From NCBI RefSeq assembly GCF_001194135.2, contig NC_068995.1:51077438-51141437 (forward strand): a stretch of 64,000 bases of DNA, written 5' to 3'. The translations under genes were made by a program, and so were the position numbers. Shown in pieces: positions 26,196-38,677 of the stretch. The DNA comes from Octopus bimaculoides. Lineage: Eukaryota. How positions within the stretch are numbered: the first letter of the stretch is position 1; each line of letters opens with the position of its first letter. Below the pieces are notes generated by a model. It made no database searches and was not told the origin of the DNA. It worked only from the letters and a program-made list of their open reading frames with translations.

Positions 26196-27590
26196 CATCT
26201 TCTCTAGTTCTGGTAGTGATTTAGCAATAAGAACCCGGTCATAGGCATAGAGGAGCTCCCAAGGGCAGACAGTCTTAAATTCCTCAGTTATAGCTTATAT
26301 ATGGATGAAAGGGTTTATATAAGTCAGCAACAGGAAGAGGATGACTTGACCACCAGAAAAAACAGCCAAGACAGAGATGCAAGAAGGACAGGGGACAGGG
26401 AGACTTGACTGCCGGAAATGGCAGCCAATACAAAAATTCAAGGACAGCTATACTAGAGGCAGGAGAAATCACTGCAAAATAAGGAAAGATAGGGGGTGTG
26501 TAGAAATCAGGGGGGAAAGATTGTTAAAATTAAAGCAAGCGAGGGGTATCGAAAATTATGATTATGAAAATTAGCTTAAATTAAATTACAGGCATTTTAT
26601 GAGGCAGAAACAAAAAACAGATGAATGGTGTATGATTGAGGCAAGAGAAAGGTTCACTTAACTTAGCTGGACATATTGTTATGCATGGATAATAACAAGT
26701 AGTGTGAAAAAAAATTTTAAAAATGAAATATCAAGAAACAATAATAGAATGACAATGAAAGGTTGTACAAGAATTACAGAGGTGCCTTGACCATTTTAAA
26801 TGATTTTTTTAAAGCAAATATGACACAAGTTTAGATTTTCATTCATGTGTGTCAAGTAAAAAATCTCCAAAAACAGACATTACAATGATAATGATGATTG
26901 TCATCATTGTCAGCATCAATTTTCTGTTCAGTTACTCATACCAATAAACAGCTTTGTTATGCATCACCATTTTTAAACGTCAGCAACTTTTCATCATGTG
27001 TGTGACCATCTCCGATAGGGTTACATTAGTATTGATGCAGGAGAGAATTTTAATGATAAGTATGGGTATAACTGAGGCAGGGGGTGGGGTTTGTGTGTGT
27101 GGGGGGAGAAGAAGAAACAGTGATGAAAGAACTGCATTAAACAATCTGTGAATGAGGGAAGTGAGATCTGAGATCTATATTCAAATTTGAATGGTAAGAA
27201 GTGAGATGTCATGCCCTCACAAGAACAGGCAGAGCCATGTGGTCAAGAAACCTGCTTTCCATCCACAAGGTCTTGGTTCAGTTCCATGGCGTGGCACCTT
27301 GGGCAAGTGTCTTCTATTATAACCTCAGCCAACCAAAGGCTTGTGATTTGGAAGACAGAAATTGAAAGACTTTCCTTCACCTGAGGACGTAGCTTAAATC
27401 CTGCATTATTTTGAAAGCATTTTTGCATTTTACCTTAAAGCAAGCATGTGAATAATTTATTTATTATTAAATATAACGATATGAATTTATGAATTATTTA
27501 CAAGTTCTTAAGTTACAAAACAATTTGTTGCGATATCTGAATTTTCTTATTGTAAAAATAAAATTTCATCAAACTATTTCTGTCATTTAT

Positions 27591-27593
<3 letters not shown>

Positions 27594-27648
<55 letters not shown>
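27594..27648. repeat. (TA)n microsatellite, one of many
   Basis: Direct reading. Confidence 0.95.
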
Positions 27649-27656
<8 letters not shown>

Positions 27657-28211
27657 TAGTTTTAGGGAAAATAACCAAGTTTCAAGAACTCATTGATGAA
27701 AATCCACTATCACATATAGAAAAAGCACAATAAATTCTAAGATTAAAACAAAAAATTATTTTATGTGAGACTTCACTAATAAATAGATAAATGTTGAAAA
27801 AAAAAATACAGTGATTTTAACTCACAGGATTTAATTATTAAACATTTATAATTGGAATAAATAAATAAAATTGAATATTAAGTATTTATGGAATGTTGAT
27901 TTACTGTCAGGTGACTTTTGGCCAACCCTGTATACTGTCGAAGATAACTCTCGGATGGATATTTCCTAAAAGTATACAACCTTTGTATTTCCAATTTTTC
28001 TTATTTAACCATTTCGATACATGAAACCGTCTCTGATTGTGGGATACAAAACTTCTTAATGAATAAAAAAATTATTTTTCTAAATTCCTCTGAAATTCTG
28101 GTTTATTCTTGCAATTGAAACAGAGGCAGAATATTTCATAAGAAATATGGTGCCTATGCTGGGTTAATGAATCTCTTCGTAATTACTCAAAGTCAATGAA
28201 AAATTAATTAA

Positions 28212-28403
28212 CCCTTTTGATATCAACCTACCTGACCACTCCTGTTCTATGAGAAAATCTTCCAGTTTTAAAGTAATCTTAATTAAAACCTTCCACCAAA
28301 CTAATTAAATAATGACAATGTTATTTCGTTAAATTCTTAATTATTTTCAGAACCAATTGAAACAAAAGCAGAATATTTCAACAGAAATTTGGCAACAAAA
28401 AGG
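28212..28403. mobile_element. piggyBac-like MITE, same family as 33094-33315
   Basis: TTAA TSD (28208-28211, 28404-28407); CCCTTTTGATA...CAACAAAAAGG termini; internal similarity to the 33.1 kb copy. Confidence 0.6.
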
Positions 28404-29669
28404 TTAACATACTCTTTTTTTTCTTTTTGTCATGTTCAAATCCTTTGGTTTAGAAGGAAAGAAGAAATGGGATTTTGTCAGGTTTATATTTTTCAAAGGG
28501 AAGAGGTTATAAAATTGAAACAAAGTTTACAATAACATTGCAGTAGAAGTAACATCCTTAGTTTTTATTATAAACACTAGCTGGCCCCGTGCCATCAAAA
28601 ACGGCAGCTAATTGTAGTATTTTATATATAAATATGGATGGTAAATCAAATTAATACACTTGTCAATGTTATCTAGTGGTTGTCTTTTGAGATGTGACAT
28701 TGATCATCACTTGTTACTGAAAGAACACTGGTTCACGCATACATTCACATACTTCCCTTGTATATGCACACACATACACACATTTACTCACACAGAGTTG
28801 AAACACTGTTTGATTTCTCTTTTCAGCATTGAATATTCACCATCCCACTTCCATTGTACACACATACACAAACACTCACATACCTCCCTTTTACATACAC
28901 ATACAGAGTTGAAATGCTCCCACTACTAAGTTTGCCATCACCTCTTCCTTCCTCATTCATATGTTGTGACGGAGAAAAACACAAGAGTATTATTATAGTA
29001 GATTGCAATCACTTGGTCCCATGATCAATCCCATTGAGCAACACCTTGGACAAATGTTTCCTACCATAGCCTAAAGTCAACACAAGCTCTGGAAAATGTA
29101 ACCAGGTCATCAAAAAATGAGCAGAAATCTCTCAAATGGACTCTGCCAGTTCTGGGACAATAGATTTAACCCTTTAGCATTCAGATTCCAATAGTTTGGT
29201 AGTTTAGTAGTTCACGGCATTCTCTATCTTCTGCCATTTGCAGATAACTGAGGCAGAAAATACTATGAATGGATCAGCACCTTCTCCACATAGTCACTGA
29301 AATTCCTCTGGTAAGAAGGATGAAAATAATGTAAAATTTCTAGGAAATGATAGCTAAAGTTAATCTAGTTTTTCAAAGCTCACTAATGTACATTTTTGTA
29401 CATTTACTCAGTGATTCATCACTATTTCAGGAAGTATGTTGACAATGACATGTTTTTTGCTATGGATGATGACAATAAGACCAAAACAGGTTTGGAGTTA
29501 ACTCCCATATTTGTAGAGACTCTTGAAACAATATTAACCTACAACCAACATGTTTTTTTGTTTTGTTTTTTAACTCTAAACAATTTAATTATTCCTAGTT
29601 TACTTATTTTATTCAGAGAGCATTCAATAGCTAACACAAACTTAATTATGGGGAAAAAAAACCCCTCAC

Positions 29670-29747
29670 CTTTGTTTCTGGTTCTAATTTGAGTGCTTTC
29701 TTCATCTGTGCAATAGCCTCTTTTGTTTCACCTTGTGCAGCGTAAGC
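29670..29747 (-). CDS. FKBP8: FKBP8 exon 8 (TPR3)
   Basis: AYAAQGETKEAIAQMKKALKLEPETK; AG/GTGAGG; 78 nt, phase 0. Confidence 0.93.
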
Positions 29748-31042
29748 CTAGAAAAAAGAACGACAATTAAGCATTGCCAAGAAATCACAGTCAAACTGGT
29801 CAACAAGAAACAACACTATTCTGGATTCTAAGTCTGAGTGCGATAATACCACAGACTAGCAATACAAAATGTCGTAGGATAGCATACTAAGCTTTCAAAT
29901 TACCCATGCTAGCATGGAAGGCAGACGTTAAACGATGATGATGATGATGATGATGATGATGAATTTAGTAAAATAACTTTCTTAGTATTAAGCAGGTGTT
30001 TGGAACATAAAGCTAACATGAAATTTCGACAAAAAGTTTTCAGTTAGACCAATTTTAAACAAGGAGTTTGTATCACAGAACCAGAGACAATCTTGAGAAG
30101 GTTAGTATCAAAAGAATTAACTATAACTAAGTAATTTAAAAAAATTTTTTTATTTGCCAAATCTATATTCTCCCAATATAAGAGTCTGCAATAATTCAAA
30201 CTTAACATTATTGGCACTAAAAGTAAATGGGATTATGGACACTGTGCTACTTAGATGAATGAAGACAAAAAAGCATAATAGATGCTGTGCTTTGACTTCA
30301 TTTTAAACAGCTTAATCACTGACATTTTGTTAATCTGAAATGTAGTAAGTACAAGTTAGATTACTGATTGTTAAGGTTATGAGGTCATCATTATCTTGTG
30401 CACTGCTAGATTACTCAACTCCCTTGATTAAAAAAACAAATTTTTCATGCTTGAGTGGTTATTAGCAGGAAGGACATCAAATGAAAAAAGAAAAGTCCAA
30501 AATACATACATCTAAGTTTGTAAAACAGTCAAACCCAACCTACTTGAGCGTAAGAGAGGTTTTAGCAAATAGAAATGAATTAAAAGGAATTTAAACTACA
30601 TGGCCATGTGGTTAAGAAAGTCACTTTACAACCATGTAGTTTTGGGTTCAGTCCCACTGTGTTGCACCTTGGGCAAGTGTCTTCTACTGCAGCCTCAAGT
30701 TGACCAATACCTTGTGAGTGGATTCAGTAGACAGAGACTGTGCGGAAGCCTGTCAAGCATGTGTGTGTACGTGTGTGTGTGTGTGTGTATGCATCTGCCT
30801 TTGCGTTTATATTTGTGTATCTACCACTTCACAACCAGTGTTTGTTTGTTAATGTCCTTGTAACTTAGCTGCCCAGTAAATAAGACTGATATAGCAAGTG
30901 CCAGACTTTAAAAAAATAATAAGTACTGGGGTCGATTTGCTCAACTAAAAACTTCAAGGCAGTGCTCCAGCATGGCCACAGTCCAATAACTGGAACAAAT
31001 AACCGAAATAAAATAAAGTCGTCATTCCTATTGTATACTTAC

Positions 31043-31132
31043 TCTTCCCATTCTGAACAGGGCTTTGACATTATTTATGTCATGTTTCAACACTTCTTCA
31101 CAAGATTTGATAGCTTCACTGTATCTTTCAAT
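31043..31132 (-). CDS. FKBP8: FKBP8 exon 7 (TPR2-TPR3)
   Basis: IERYSEAIKSCEEVLKHDINNVKALFRMGR; AG/GTAAGT; 90 nt, phase 0. Confidence 0.93.
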
Positions 31133-31426
31133 CTACAAAAACAAAAGAGAGACGTTTTGATGTTTATTAAAGGAGGAAAAGATAAAATAGACCCCGAGAC
31201 AAATACGGTATTTTCCAGCATACAAGTTGACATAGTATAGAGTGTAAACCTGTAGTCTAATCATTCAAACATCATCACAATCTTGCCAAAACCTGCTGCA
31301 TTTCACATGGAACTTTTTGCCTTTCAAAGTCATTTTGATATATATAGGGTAAAGAACACTGAAGTTGATGTTATTGACTTAGCTCTCCTCTGTATTTGGC
31401 CGGCCTTGTGGCAAAATTCGAAGCCA

Positions 31427-31492
31427 ATACATGTGTATTTGTATTTCTATACATGTGTATTTGTATTTCTATACATGTGTATTTGTATTTCT
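31427..31492. repeat. 22-bp minisatellite, three copies
   Basis: (ATACATGTGTATTTGTATTTCT)3. Confidence 0.9.
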
Positions 31493-31793
31493 ATATATGT
31501 ATATATGTGTGTATGGATGCATATATGTACGGATGTATATTTCCTATATTTTATATTTTCTTGAAGAAATCGACTTTTTCTTTCTTCTCAAAATAAAATG
31601 GAAACCTGATAGGTTGGGTTTGTCTGCTTAAAGGGATACAAATATGATCATAGTAACATAAAAAAAAACCGACCATATCAACACTGAGATGACAAAGCAG
31701 ATGATAGCAGCATCAAAAACGTAACCATAACAACAGTAACAAGACAGATATAAATAGAACAAATGTTGGAAATACTAAAGAAGTCATATTTAC

Positions 31794-31905
31794 CTTTATT
31801 TGAGCAGCTGCCAAGTTGTTAAAACATTTAATTTTTTCCCCAGGAATCTGGTTTGATTTCCCCGTTATATCAGAATTATCCTCTTGATCAATAATACTAA
31901 TGGCC
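31794..31905 (-). CDS. FKBP8: FKBP8 exon 6 (TPR1-TPR2)
   Basis: (K)AISIIDQEDNSDITGKSNQIPGEKIKCFNNLAAAQIK; AG/GTAAAT; 112 nt, phase 2 to 0. Matches FKBP8 KVKCLNNLAASQLK. Confidence 0.92.
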
Positions 31906-32004
31906 CTGTTTCAGAGACAACAATAATACATGTATAAGAAATATGTTGCTGCTGTAGAGTAGGGAGGTGTGGTGGACACTGAATGAGGAAACATTTGAAG
32001 AAGC

Positions 32005-32038
<34 letters not shown>

Positions 32039-33093
32039 TGAGTTAAGTATCATCTGTTGAATATAAAATGTAGCAAAACCCGGAACTGAATCGTTAAATT
32101 ATGAAGCTTAAGTCACAGCATGAAACAACCTTGTTCACATGAAAGGTCGAATTGACCAATCAGCAGCGACAGGTTCTTCTAGATCCTTCTGGAACATCTC
32201 GATACAAGGGTTATTGTATAAAGGCTTGTTTTTAGCACCATCTTTCGGAGTGCTTAGTAACCTGAAGTCCAGCTCGACACACACTCTTGCCGTTTATAAT
32301 AGTCATTTTAATGACTTTCTGTTCAACTTGGCTATATCGATATACTTGACCGATACGAATCTACTGTATATATTTTCTTCAGACTAAACAAACTTCAGTA
32401 CAAAGTTTTAGTAATCAACTATTTATGAACACTACTGAATTATTCCTTCAATTGTGCTCACTTGTGGAACTTTATAATTCACGACTAACCTTAATATTAC
32501 TTATGTGGTAAAATAAAAGTTATTATTAAATGCTTGTTTGGTGTTGTTACATCATTCACACACAGCCTTGTGTGCGTAATATCCAAGCAAGAATAACATT
32601 AAGAAGTATGAAAGGTAAAAAGTGACTGCGGTGAGGGACTGGACATTAAAAAACTGATCACCAATTGATGTAGGACCATCATAAGGTCTGGTCCTTATTT
32701 CCATGTGGTGGGTTATATACCTCAATGACCCTGAGAGCTCTGCCAGGGGAGTACAAGCCCCTTGTAAGGACCTCCCATGCTGGACAGGTCAAAGGATAGA
32801 TGCTAAACTAATATGGATCGACACTTCCCAGAAGTAAAAATGGGTTAACACAGGACCAACATCCCTACTAGAAAAAACAGTTACAGAAGCATTGATGACA
32901 ATTCATCTTTCAGAGAAACATATGACCCCACGAGGGAGTTGGAAGAGGGGCAAAAAAACAAGGAGCCAACTGGAGAGAAGCAGAAAATAGTCCAACATCA
33001 AGAACAGTAGAGAAAAGTTGTTGATGGCTTTTGCTCCATACGGAGAAAATTTGCAGAAGAGAAGAAACTTTCTTCTCTCTGTACATGCCTTAA

Positions 33094-33315
33094 CCCTTCT
33101 GATTCCAACCCGCCAGAAACCGCCTCTGGCTCTGTAGTACAAATGTCTTGTTTTCATAAGTTTTGAATAAAAATCTTCCACCAAACCTTAGTCGCAACTT
33201 ATGTTCCTAACACTGGCTTAATGATAACCAAGTTATTTTACTAAATTCTTTGTTATATTTAAAATTAATTGAAAGAAACACAGAGCATCTCAGCAGGAAT
33301 ATGGTAACAAAAGGA
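33094..33315. mobile_element. piggyBac-like MITE
   Basis: TTAA on both sides (33090-33093, 33316-33319) with imperfect CCCTT...AAGGA termini. Related copy at 28212-28403. Confidence 0.6.
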
Positions 33316-33319
33316 TTAA

Positions 33320-33560
33320 ATGAATATGTACAAAGGCTGAAAAGAAACAAGGTGAACATGCTCTGCAGGATGCGTAATGTAAGTGTGAATGAATAACAGA
33401 GCAGGAATGAGCTCCTCTCTTACACACCACATCTGATTTCTGTGTATAAGAGAAATCAGATGTGGTTTGTGAAAGAGGAGACTGCACTGGTACGGACATG
33501 TGATACATATGAAAGAAGACGGTTGTGAAGAGAAATGCCAAGGGATCCGAGTGGAAGAAA
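33320..33560 (+). mobile_element. Decayed RTE-clade LINE fragment
   Basis: ...RRLHWYGHVIHMKEDGCEEKCQGIRVEETRRRERPKK; same RTE C-terminal motif. Confidence 0.65.
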
Positions 33561-33948
33561 CTCGTAGAAGAGAAAGGCCAAAGAAGGTAGAGGCAGAAAT
33601 AGTGAAAGCTGATCCCTGGATGACAGATCTCACAAAACAGATGACAAATAACCTAAAACAAATGGCAAAAAACTGTGCTGGAGTAGATCCATCCAACCTA
33701 TGTAAGCATGGAAAAATGGATGTGGTGAAGAAATGTTGGCAACCGGCAGAATCATTAGAGCTCAAGTCAAGAGGTTCAGTGGTATTTTTTCCAACTCTTT
33801 GTCATTCAAATTCTGCAGAGGTCAACTTTGCTTTACATTTTTCCAGGGTTGCTTCCTCCCCTCAAAATTGCTGGCCTTGTACCAAAATTAGAAAGAACTA
33901 CTACTACTACTATTACTATTGAAAAAGAAAAGAAACAAGTATACTTAC

Positions 33949-34023
33949 TTTATATAAGAGTTGATAGCGCCGTGAAAATCATTTCGAGCGAATAAATAAT
34001 TTCCTCGTTCTTTTTTGACAGAT
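33949..34023 (-). CDS. FKBP8: FKBP8 exon 5 (TPR1)
   Basis: (A)SVKKERGNYLFARNDFHGAINSYI(K); AG/GTAAGT; 75 nt, phase 2 to 2. Confidence 0.92.
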
Positions 34024-34405
34024 CTATAAAATGAAAAAGATGAAAATTAAAAAAAGGAAGAATAAAAACAATAAAAAAAAACTATATAAATAATGTAGGA
34101 ATGACACAGTATAAACAGACACCACCTTTTTTCAAAGGCAGACACACTCACACATTCACACACAATGGGCTTCAACACAATACTCTTGTGAGTATTCATG
34201 CTGTCCAAGGATGCAAAGAGACCTCAGTTTCCTGGGAACCAGTACGACCAAGAATCATCTCAGTAATTTTCTAAACAGGCAACAAGGAAAAGAACTGGAA
34301 ACTGTCAGCAAGATTGCATGGGACAGGAGAACTTGGGAGGGCCATATTTTGATGTAGGGGGTAGCTGAAAAACTAAGAATCAAATGGCACCAGTGCCATA
34401 CTCAC

Positions 34406-34516
34406 GCATGGAGAAGCCTTTCATCTAGTGGTATGAAACTGTAATTTGGTCCTGGTTCTTTGTCGAGTAGTTCCAGGGTGTAAACAATGGCTGTATTACT
34501 TGGTACATCAGGAAAT
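34406..34516 (-). CDS. FKBP8: FKBP8 exon 4 (end of FKBP domain)
   Basis: (R)FPDVPSNTAIVYTLELLDKEPGPNYSFIPLDERLLH(A); AG/GTGAGT; 111 nt, phase 2 to 2. Confidence 0.92.
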
Positions 34517-34606
34517 CTAAAATATATCACAAAAGACAGTTGGTAATACAAATCGGAAAATACACAACAAAAAAATGAATCCTCAGTTCCTCCATCATTT
34601 ACATAC

Positions 34607-34646
<40 letters not shown>

Positions 34647-35586
34647 CTATTGTAGACTACTGTGTAGATAGAGTAAAGATGATATAGTAACTATACCAAT
34701 GGATCAAGTATTGGACTATCAGATAACAGCTTTGTGAATTCAAGTCTATAGAAAGTAATTTGTTGTGTTACTAAGACAGTACATTAAACACGCTGTACCT
34801 TATCTTATCACAGCTGTTCAGACTAAGAACCTGATATTACTTAAGATAAACCAACATTCAATTCAAGGCAAATGGGATTTATTTCTCATTCAATTAACAT
34901 ACTGCCTCTTATGACTCCTTGAAGATCTGGGAGACATTTATTTCTTGGATTACAAAGTAACCGTTTCCTTAATTTAGTCTTAACAAACTCCCTTTAGATT
35001 AATAGTTTCTACCATTTAATATAATTCTCAGCATACTTCTTCTTTGAAAGATGTACCAAACCACAGTACTTCTTTTAATGTCTTTCATCAATGTTATAAA
35101 TCAAACCATATATTTATCATCAACCACTCCTCAACTCTTGTTCTTCATTATATTTTCCCCTTCAAATATTTCCCATCTCCAACCATCCCTCACTCTCCCC
35201 ATATACTCCTGCAAACCCTACTTACCTTAACTTCTTCTTGTTCTGCCCCCACTCACCTCTAGTGACCATCTTGTACCTTCAGGGTCTACCAATGCTTCAT
35301 CACTATTTTAACTCTCTTTCCAGCCCCACCCCCAGTTACTCCCACTCACTCTTCTATAATATGAGTTACAATATGGTTCCTCAACAGCAAGAAACCTATT
35401 CTGTTGTGCTATTTTTAAGACAATACAATGAGGTCTGAAGGAGATTTGGAAGCTATCTCAAGCATAAATTTCAGATCAGAGGTCTAGAACTGAAATTACT
35501 CAGCCCTAGTTATGGTGGTTAAAGTGCCACACTGCTGAATCGATGAGTTACAAAATAATACCTCAACCAATTTATGTTAAACTTAC

Positions 35587-35674
35587 CTGCCTTGGCTTCC
35601 ATAAGCATATTTAGCATCACATTTTAATTCAGCAACTTCATTTAATTCCATCAAGGCAACAGCAATATCCCAAC
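35587..35674 (-). CDS. FKBP8: FKBP8 exon 3 (FKBP domain)
   Basis: (G)WDIAVALMELNEVAELKCDAKYAYGSQG(R); AG/GTAAGT boundaries; 88 nt, phase 1 to 2. Confidence 0.93.
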
Positions 35675-35773
35675 CTAAAATACAGCGTTTAAACAACAGA
35701 AATTTTAAAAAAGAAAAAAAAAACAAACATTATTTATAATTGACGGATATTTGTCTTCATCTTGTTTGTTGTT

Positions 35774-35819
35774 AACACAACGTTTCGGCTGATATACCCT
35801 CCAGCCTTCATCAGGTATC
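35774..35819 (-). ncRNA. Minimal type I hammerhead ribozyme motif, sense to FKBP8 pre-mRNA
   Basis: GATAC-CTGATGA-A-GGCTG-GAGGGTATAT-CAGCC-GAAAC-GTT-GTGTT on the minus strand. Confidence 0.74.
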
Positions 35820-36033
35820 TTGGGGAAATTTCGAACCTGGTTTCTCATTCCTAAGGTATTTTTCGATGTTATTATTATTCAGGTCACTCGGAATTTTGGG
35901 GTTAAGAGTGCAGGCTACTAAGCCTAAGATTCCAAGTTCGATTCCAGGCAGTGACCTGAATAATAATAATAATAACAATAACAACACCGAAAAATACCTT
36001 AGGAATGAGAACCCGGGTTTAAAATTTCCACAA

Positions 36034-36079
36034 GACACCTGATGAAGGCTGGAGGGTATATCAGCCGAAACGTTGTGTT
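36034..36079 (+). ncRNA. Minimal type I hammerhead ribozyme motif
   Basis: GACAC-CTGATGA-A-GGCTG-GAGGGTATAT-CAGCC-GAAAC-GTT-GTGTT. Stem I GACAC/GTGTT, 5-bp stem II, palindromic AACGTT stem III, GUU cleavage triplet. Confidence 0.78.
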
Positions 36080-36612
36080 AACAACAAACAAGATGAGGAC
36101 AAATATCCGTCAATTGTAAATAATGTAAATAATGCAAACATTTCTTGAATCAAATAACATCAGAAGTGAAGCATTTTTTCCATTCTATGGCAAGCAATAC
36201 ATAAATACATATTCATTATACATCCATACACACATATATATACATATCACCTGGCACAAAGCCACTTCCTGTGGTTTCACTCCTTCTCCCAGCTGAAAGG
36301 TCTTTGTCTCACAAGTTACTTGGTGACCCTGCTGGAATTGGGGGCCCATGTAAAAAAGCACCAGTGCTGGTGCCACATAAAAAGCACCCAGTACATGCTA
36401 TAAAGTGGTTAGCGTTAGGAAGGGCATCCAGCTGTAGAAGCCATACCAAAGCAAACAACTGGAGCCTGGTGCAGCCCTACAGCTTGCTGGATCCTGTCAA
36501 ACCATCCAACCCATGGTAGCAGGAAAACAGATGTTAAATGATGATGATGATGATGACAATGATTTGTAATTTATATTTATGAAAATAAAATTGAGAAAAG
36601 AATCCAAATTAC

Positions 36613-36760
36613 CTGAGATCACATCACCGTCACCTAATATAAATGAAATACTTTCATTTTTGTCAATTACTGTTCCATCAGGTAGCAAACCTTCTGTTTT
36701 TAAAGTAACCTTTTGACCCTGTAAAGGTCGGGTTAATACTCCGTCTCCTTTTTTAACAAT
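36613..36760 (-). CDS. FKBP8: FKBP8 exon 2 (FKBP domain)
   Basis: TTTAATTTAG acceptor; IVKKGDGVLTRPLQGQKVTLKTEGLLPDGTVIDKNESISFILGDGDVIS+G; GTAATT donor; 148 nt, phase 0 to 1. Confidence 0.93.
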
Positions 36761-37306
36761 CTAAATTAAAGGAAAAATATTTTTAAAATTAAAAAAAAGA
36801 ACACTTTTTAAAAAACAAATGCAATAAAAAGAAACATTTATCTTTCATGTATCATAAATTTACAAGCAAAATGATTTTTTTTTTTCTGGTTGGGTGCTCA
36901 AAAAATGTTTTGTTTAGTTCCAGGTCAACCCTGACAGGAGGGATCTATAATCAAAAAGCATGTTCCAGCCATGACCATTCTGTCTTTTACAAACATAAAG
37001 AGAAAAAAACATGGCATAAAATGTACCCAATCCATCTCTTACTTGCTTCAATCAGTAGACAGCGGCCATGCTGGGGCACTGCCATGAAGAATTTTTAGAT
37101 GGATGCATTGACCCTAGTACCTATTTTTTCAAGCCTGGTACTTATTCTATCAGTCTTTTTTTTTTTGACCTGTGCTACAGTCTTTACTTAATAGCTTTTA
37201 AGCAAAAGTTACAGAACAAAAGCAGGAACTAAGCCAGTTTTAATGTTTGTGCTTTATGTGTTGTTTTGTTTTTTCTTTGTAAAGGTGGGCGGCTTAGTGC
37301 TCAAGG

Positions 37307-37597
37307 CAGGGCTGGCCAACCTGAGACCTGCAGACTTTGATCTTGCGGCTTGCTTGATACTTCCTTGGAATGGGTTCATTTAAACAAACATTTCAAAAAT
37401 TTTATATCGTAATGAAAAGTAGAAAAGAAAGATACCACTGTTTTCGCAACGATAATATTTCATGTTGAATCAACGATCATTCGTTCATTATTGTAATAAT
37501 AGCATGGGAATTAGTGCATAAAGTATACAAGCAGCCCTCAAAAAACTTTCTGTGATTAAAGTGGCCTGCAATGTAACTTGAGTTGGCCAGGCCCCTG
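37307..37597. mobile_element. hAT-like MITE
   Basis: TIRs CAGGGCTGGCCAAC / GTTGGCCAGGCCCCTG; decayed 8-bp flanks (5/8 identical). Confidence 0.5.
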
Positions 37598-38677
37598 GGT
37601 TAGGGTATTCAGCACATGATCCTCAGGTCATGAACTCAATTCCTGGGAGTGCTTTATGCCCTTAAGCAAGTCACTTTATTTCATGTTGCTCCAGTCCACT
37701 CAACTGGCAAAAATCAGTTGTACCAGTAATTCAAAGAGCCAACCTTATCACAATCTGTGTCACATCGAATCTCCCTGAGAACAATGTTAAGAGTACTCTT
37801 AACGCGTATCTGTGGAGTGTTCAGCCACTTACACATTAATTTCATGAGCAGACTGTTTCATAGATCAGATCAACTGGAACACTCGTCATTGTACATGACA
37901 GAGTGCCAGTTTTTTCATGTGTTTTAAAATTTGCAATGACATGTTGGTTTCTTAAAAAATATAAATAACCATGGCTGTATTTAGAGGACTGCATAATACA
38001 AGAGGATAAACTATATTAATGCTAACTGCATTGTATTCAAGATCACATGGTACTCGAGTAAATTTTGTATGTAACATGTCTGAATGGCATATCTGTTTAT
38101 AACTAGAGCAGAAAATGTAAAATGCAAAGAAACCAATGTAATGATGACAAAATTAGTTATCAAGCAGGCTAAATTTCATAACACACCCATGTATTCTGAT
38201 TATTTAAAAGTACTGTTGCACTTGAGTTCGCTCTTCAAAACTGTAGGTCACAGAAAATAAGTACCAGGCAAGTTCTGAGGTCGATATAATTAACTACGCC
38301 CTTCCCTTGAGCCCCTGTTATAAGTAAATCTTTAATTGCACAAACTGAATATTTATCCTTAACTAAGATGGAAATATATAAATATATAGGCAAAGGTTCC
38401 AGGTTCAATCTCACTGCACGGCATCTTAGGCAAGTATCTACTACAACAGCCCCGGGCCAACCAATGCCTTCTGGGTGGATCTGGTAGATGGAAACTGAAA
38501 GAAGCCTGTTATATATATATATATATATATACACACACATCATTATCACCATCATCATAATTCTACGTCTGTAATTTCATTTTTAACTTGACCTTGCATT
38601 AAAATATAAAAAAAAGGCATCATAAAAAGATAACAAACAATGAATGGACTCAGAGTTCCAAGTAAACAATTCCTTAC

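Larger units (their letters stand above)
35728..36134 (+). mobile_element. tRNA-headed, hammerhead-bearing Penelope-type SINE with inverted 5' partial copy
   Basis: Arms 35728-35888 and 35950-36134 are inverted repeats around a truncated tRNA-like head (B box AGTTCGATTCC). (TAA)n, hammerhead cores in both arms, TGTAAATAA tail repeat, candidate TSD CAAACATT at 35724-35731 and 36135-36142. Confidence 0.75.

Noticed and set aside
31427-31492. Regular 22-bp repeats as a CRISPR array
   Set aside because: Head-to-tail with no spacers, in a eukaryotic intron, with no cas genes.
32139-32387. 82-aa ORF and its antisense as a possible extra FKBP8 exon
   Set aside because: FKBP8 exons 5 and 6 already join in phase, and no frame here resembles TPR sequence.
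38555-38677. C-terminal part of the 302-aa ORF (VRNCLLGTLSPFIVCYLF...), which looks like a membrane segment
   Set aside because: It lies past the GTAAGG donor at 38677 and is intron; FKBP homology continues in exon 36613-36760.
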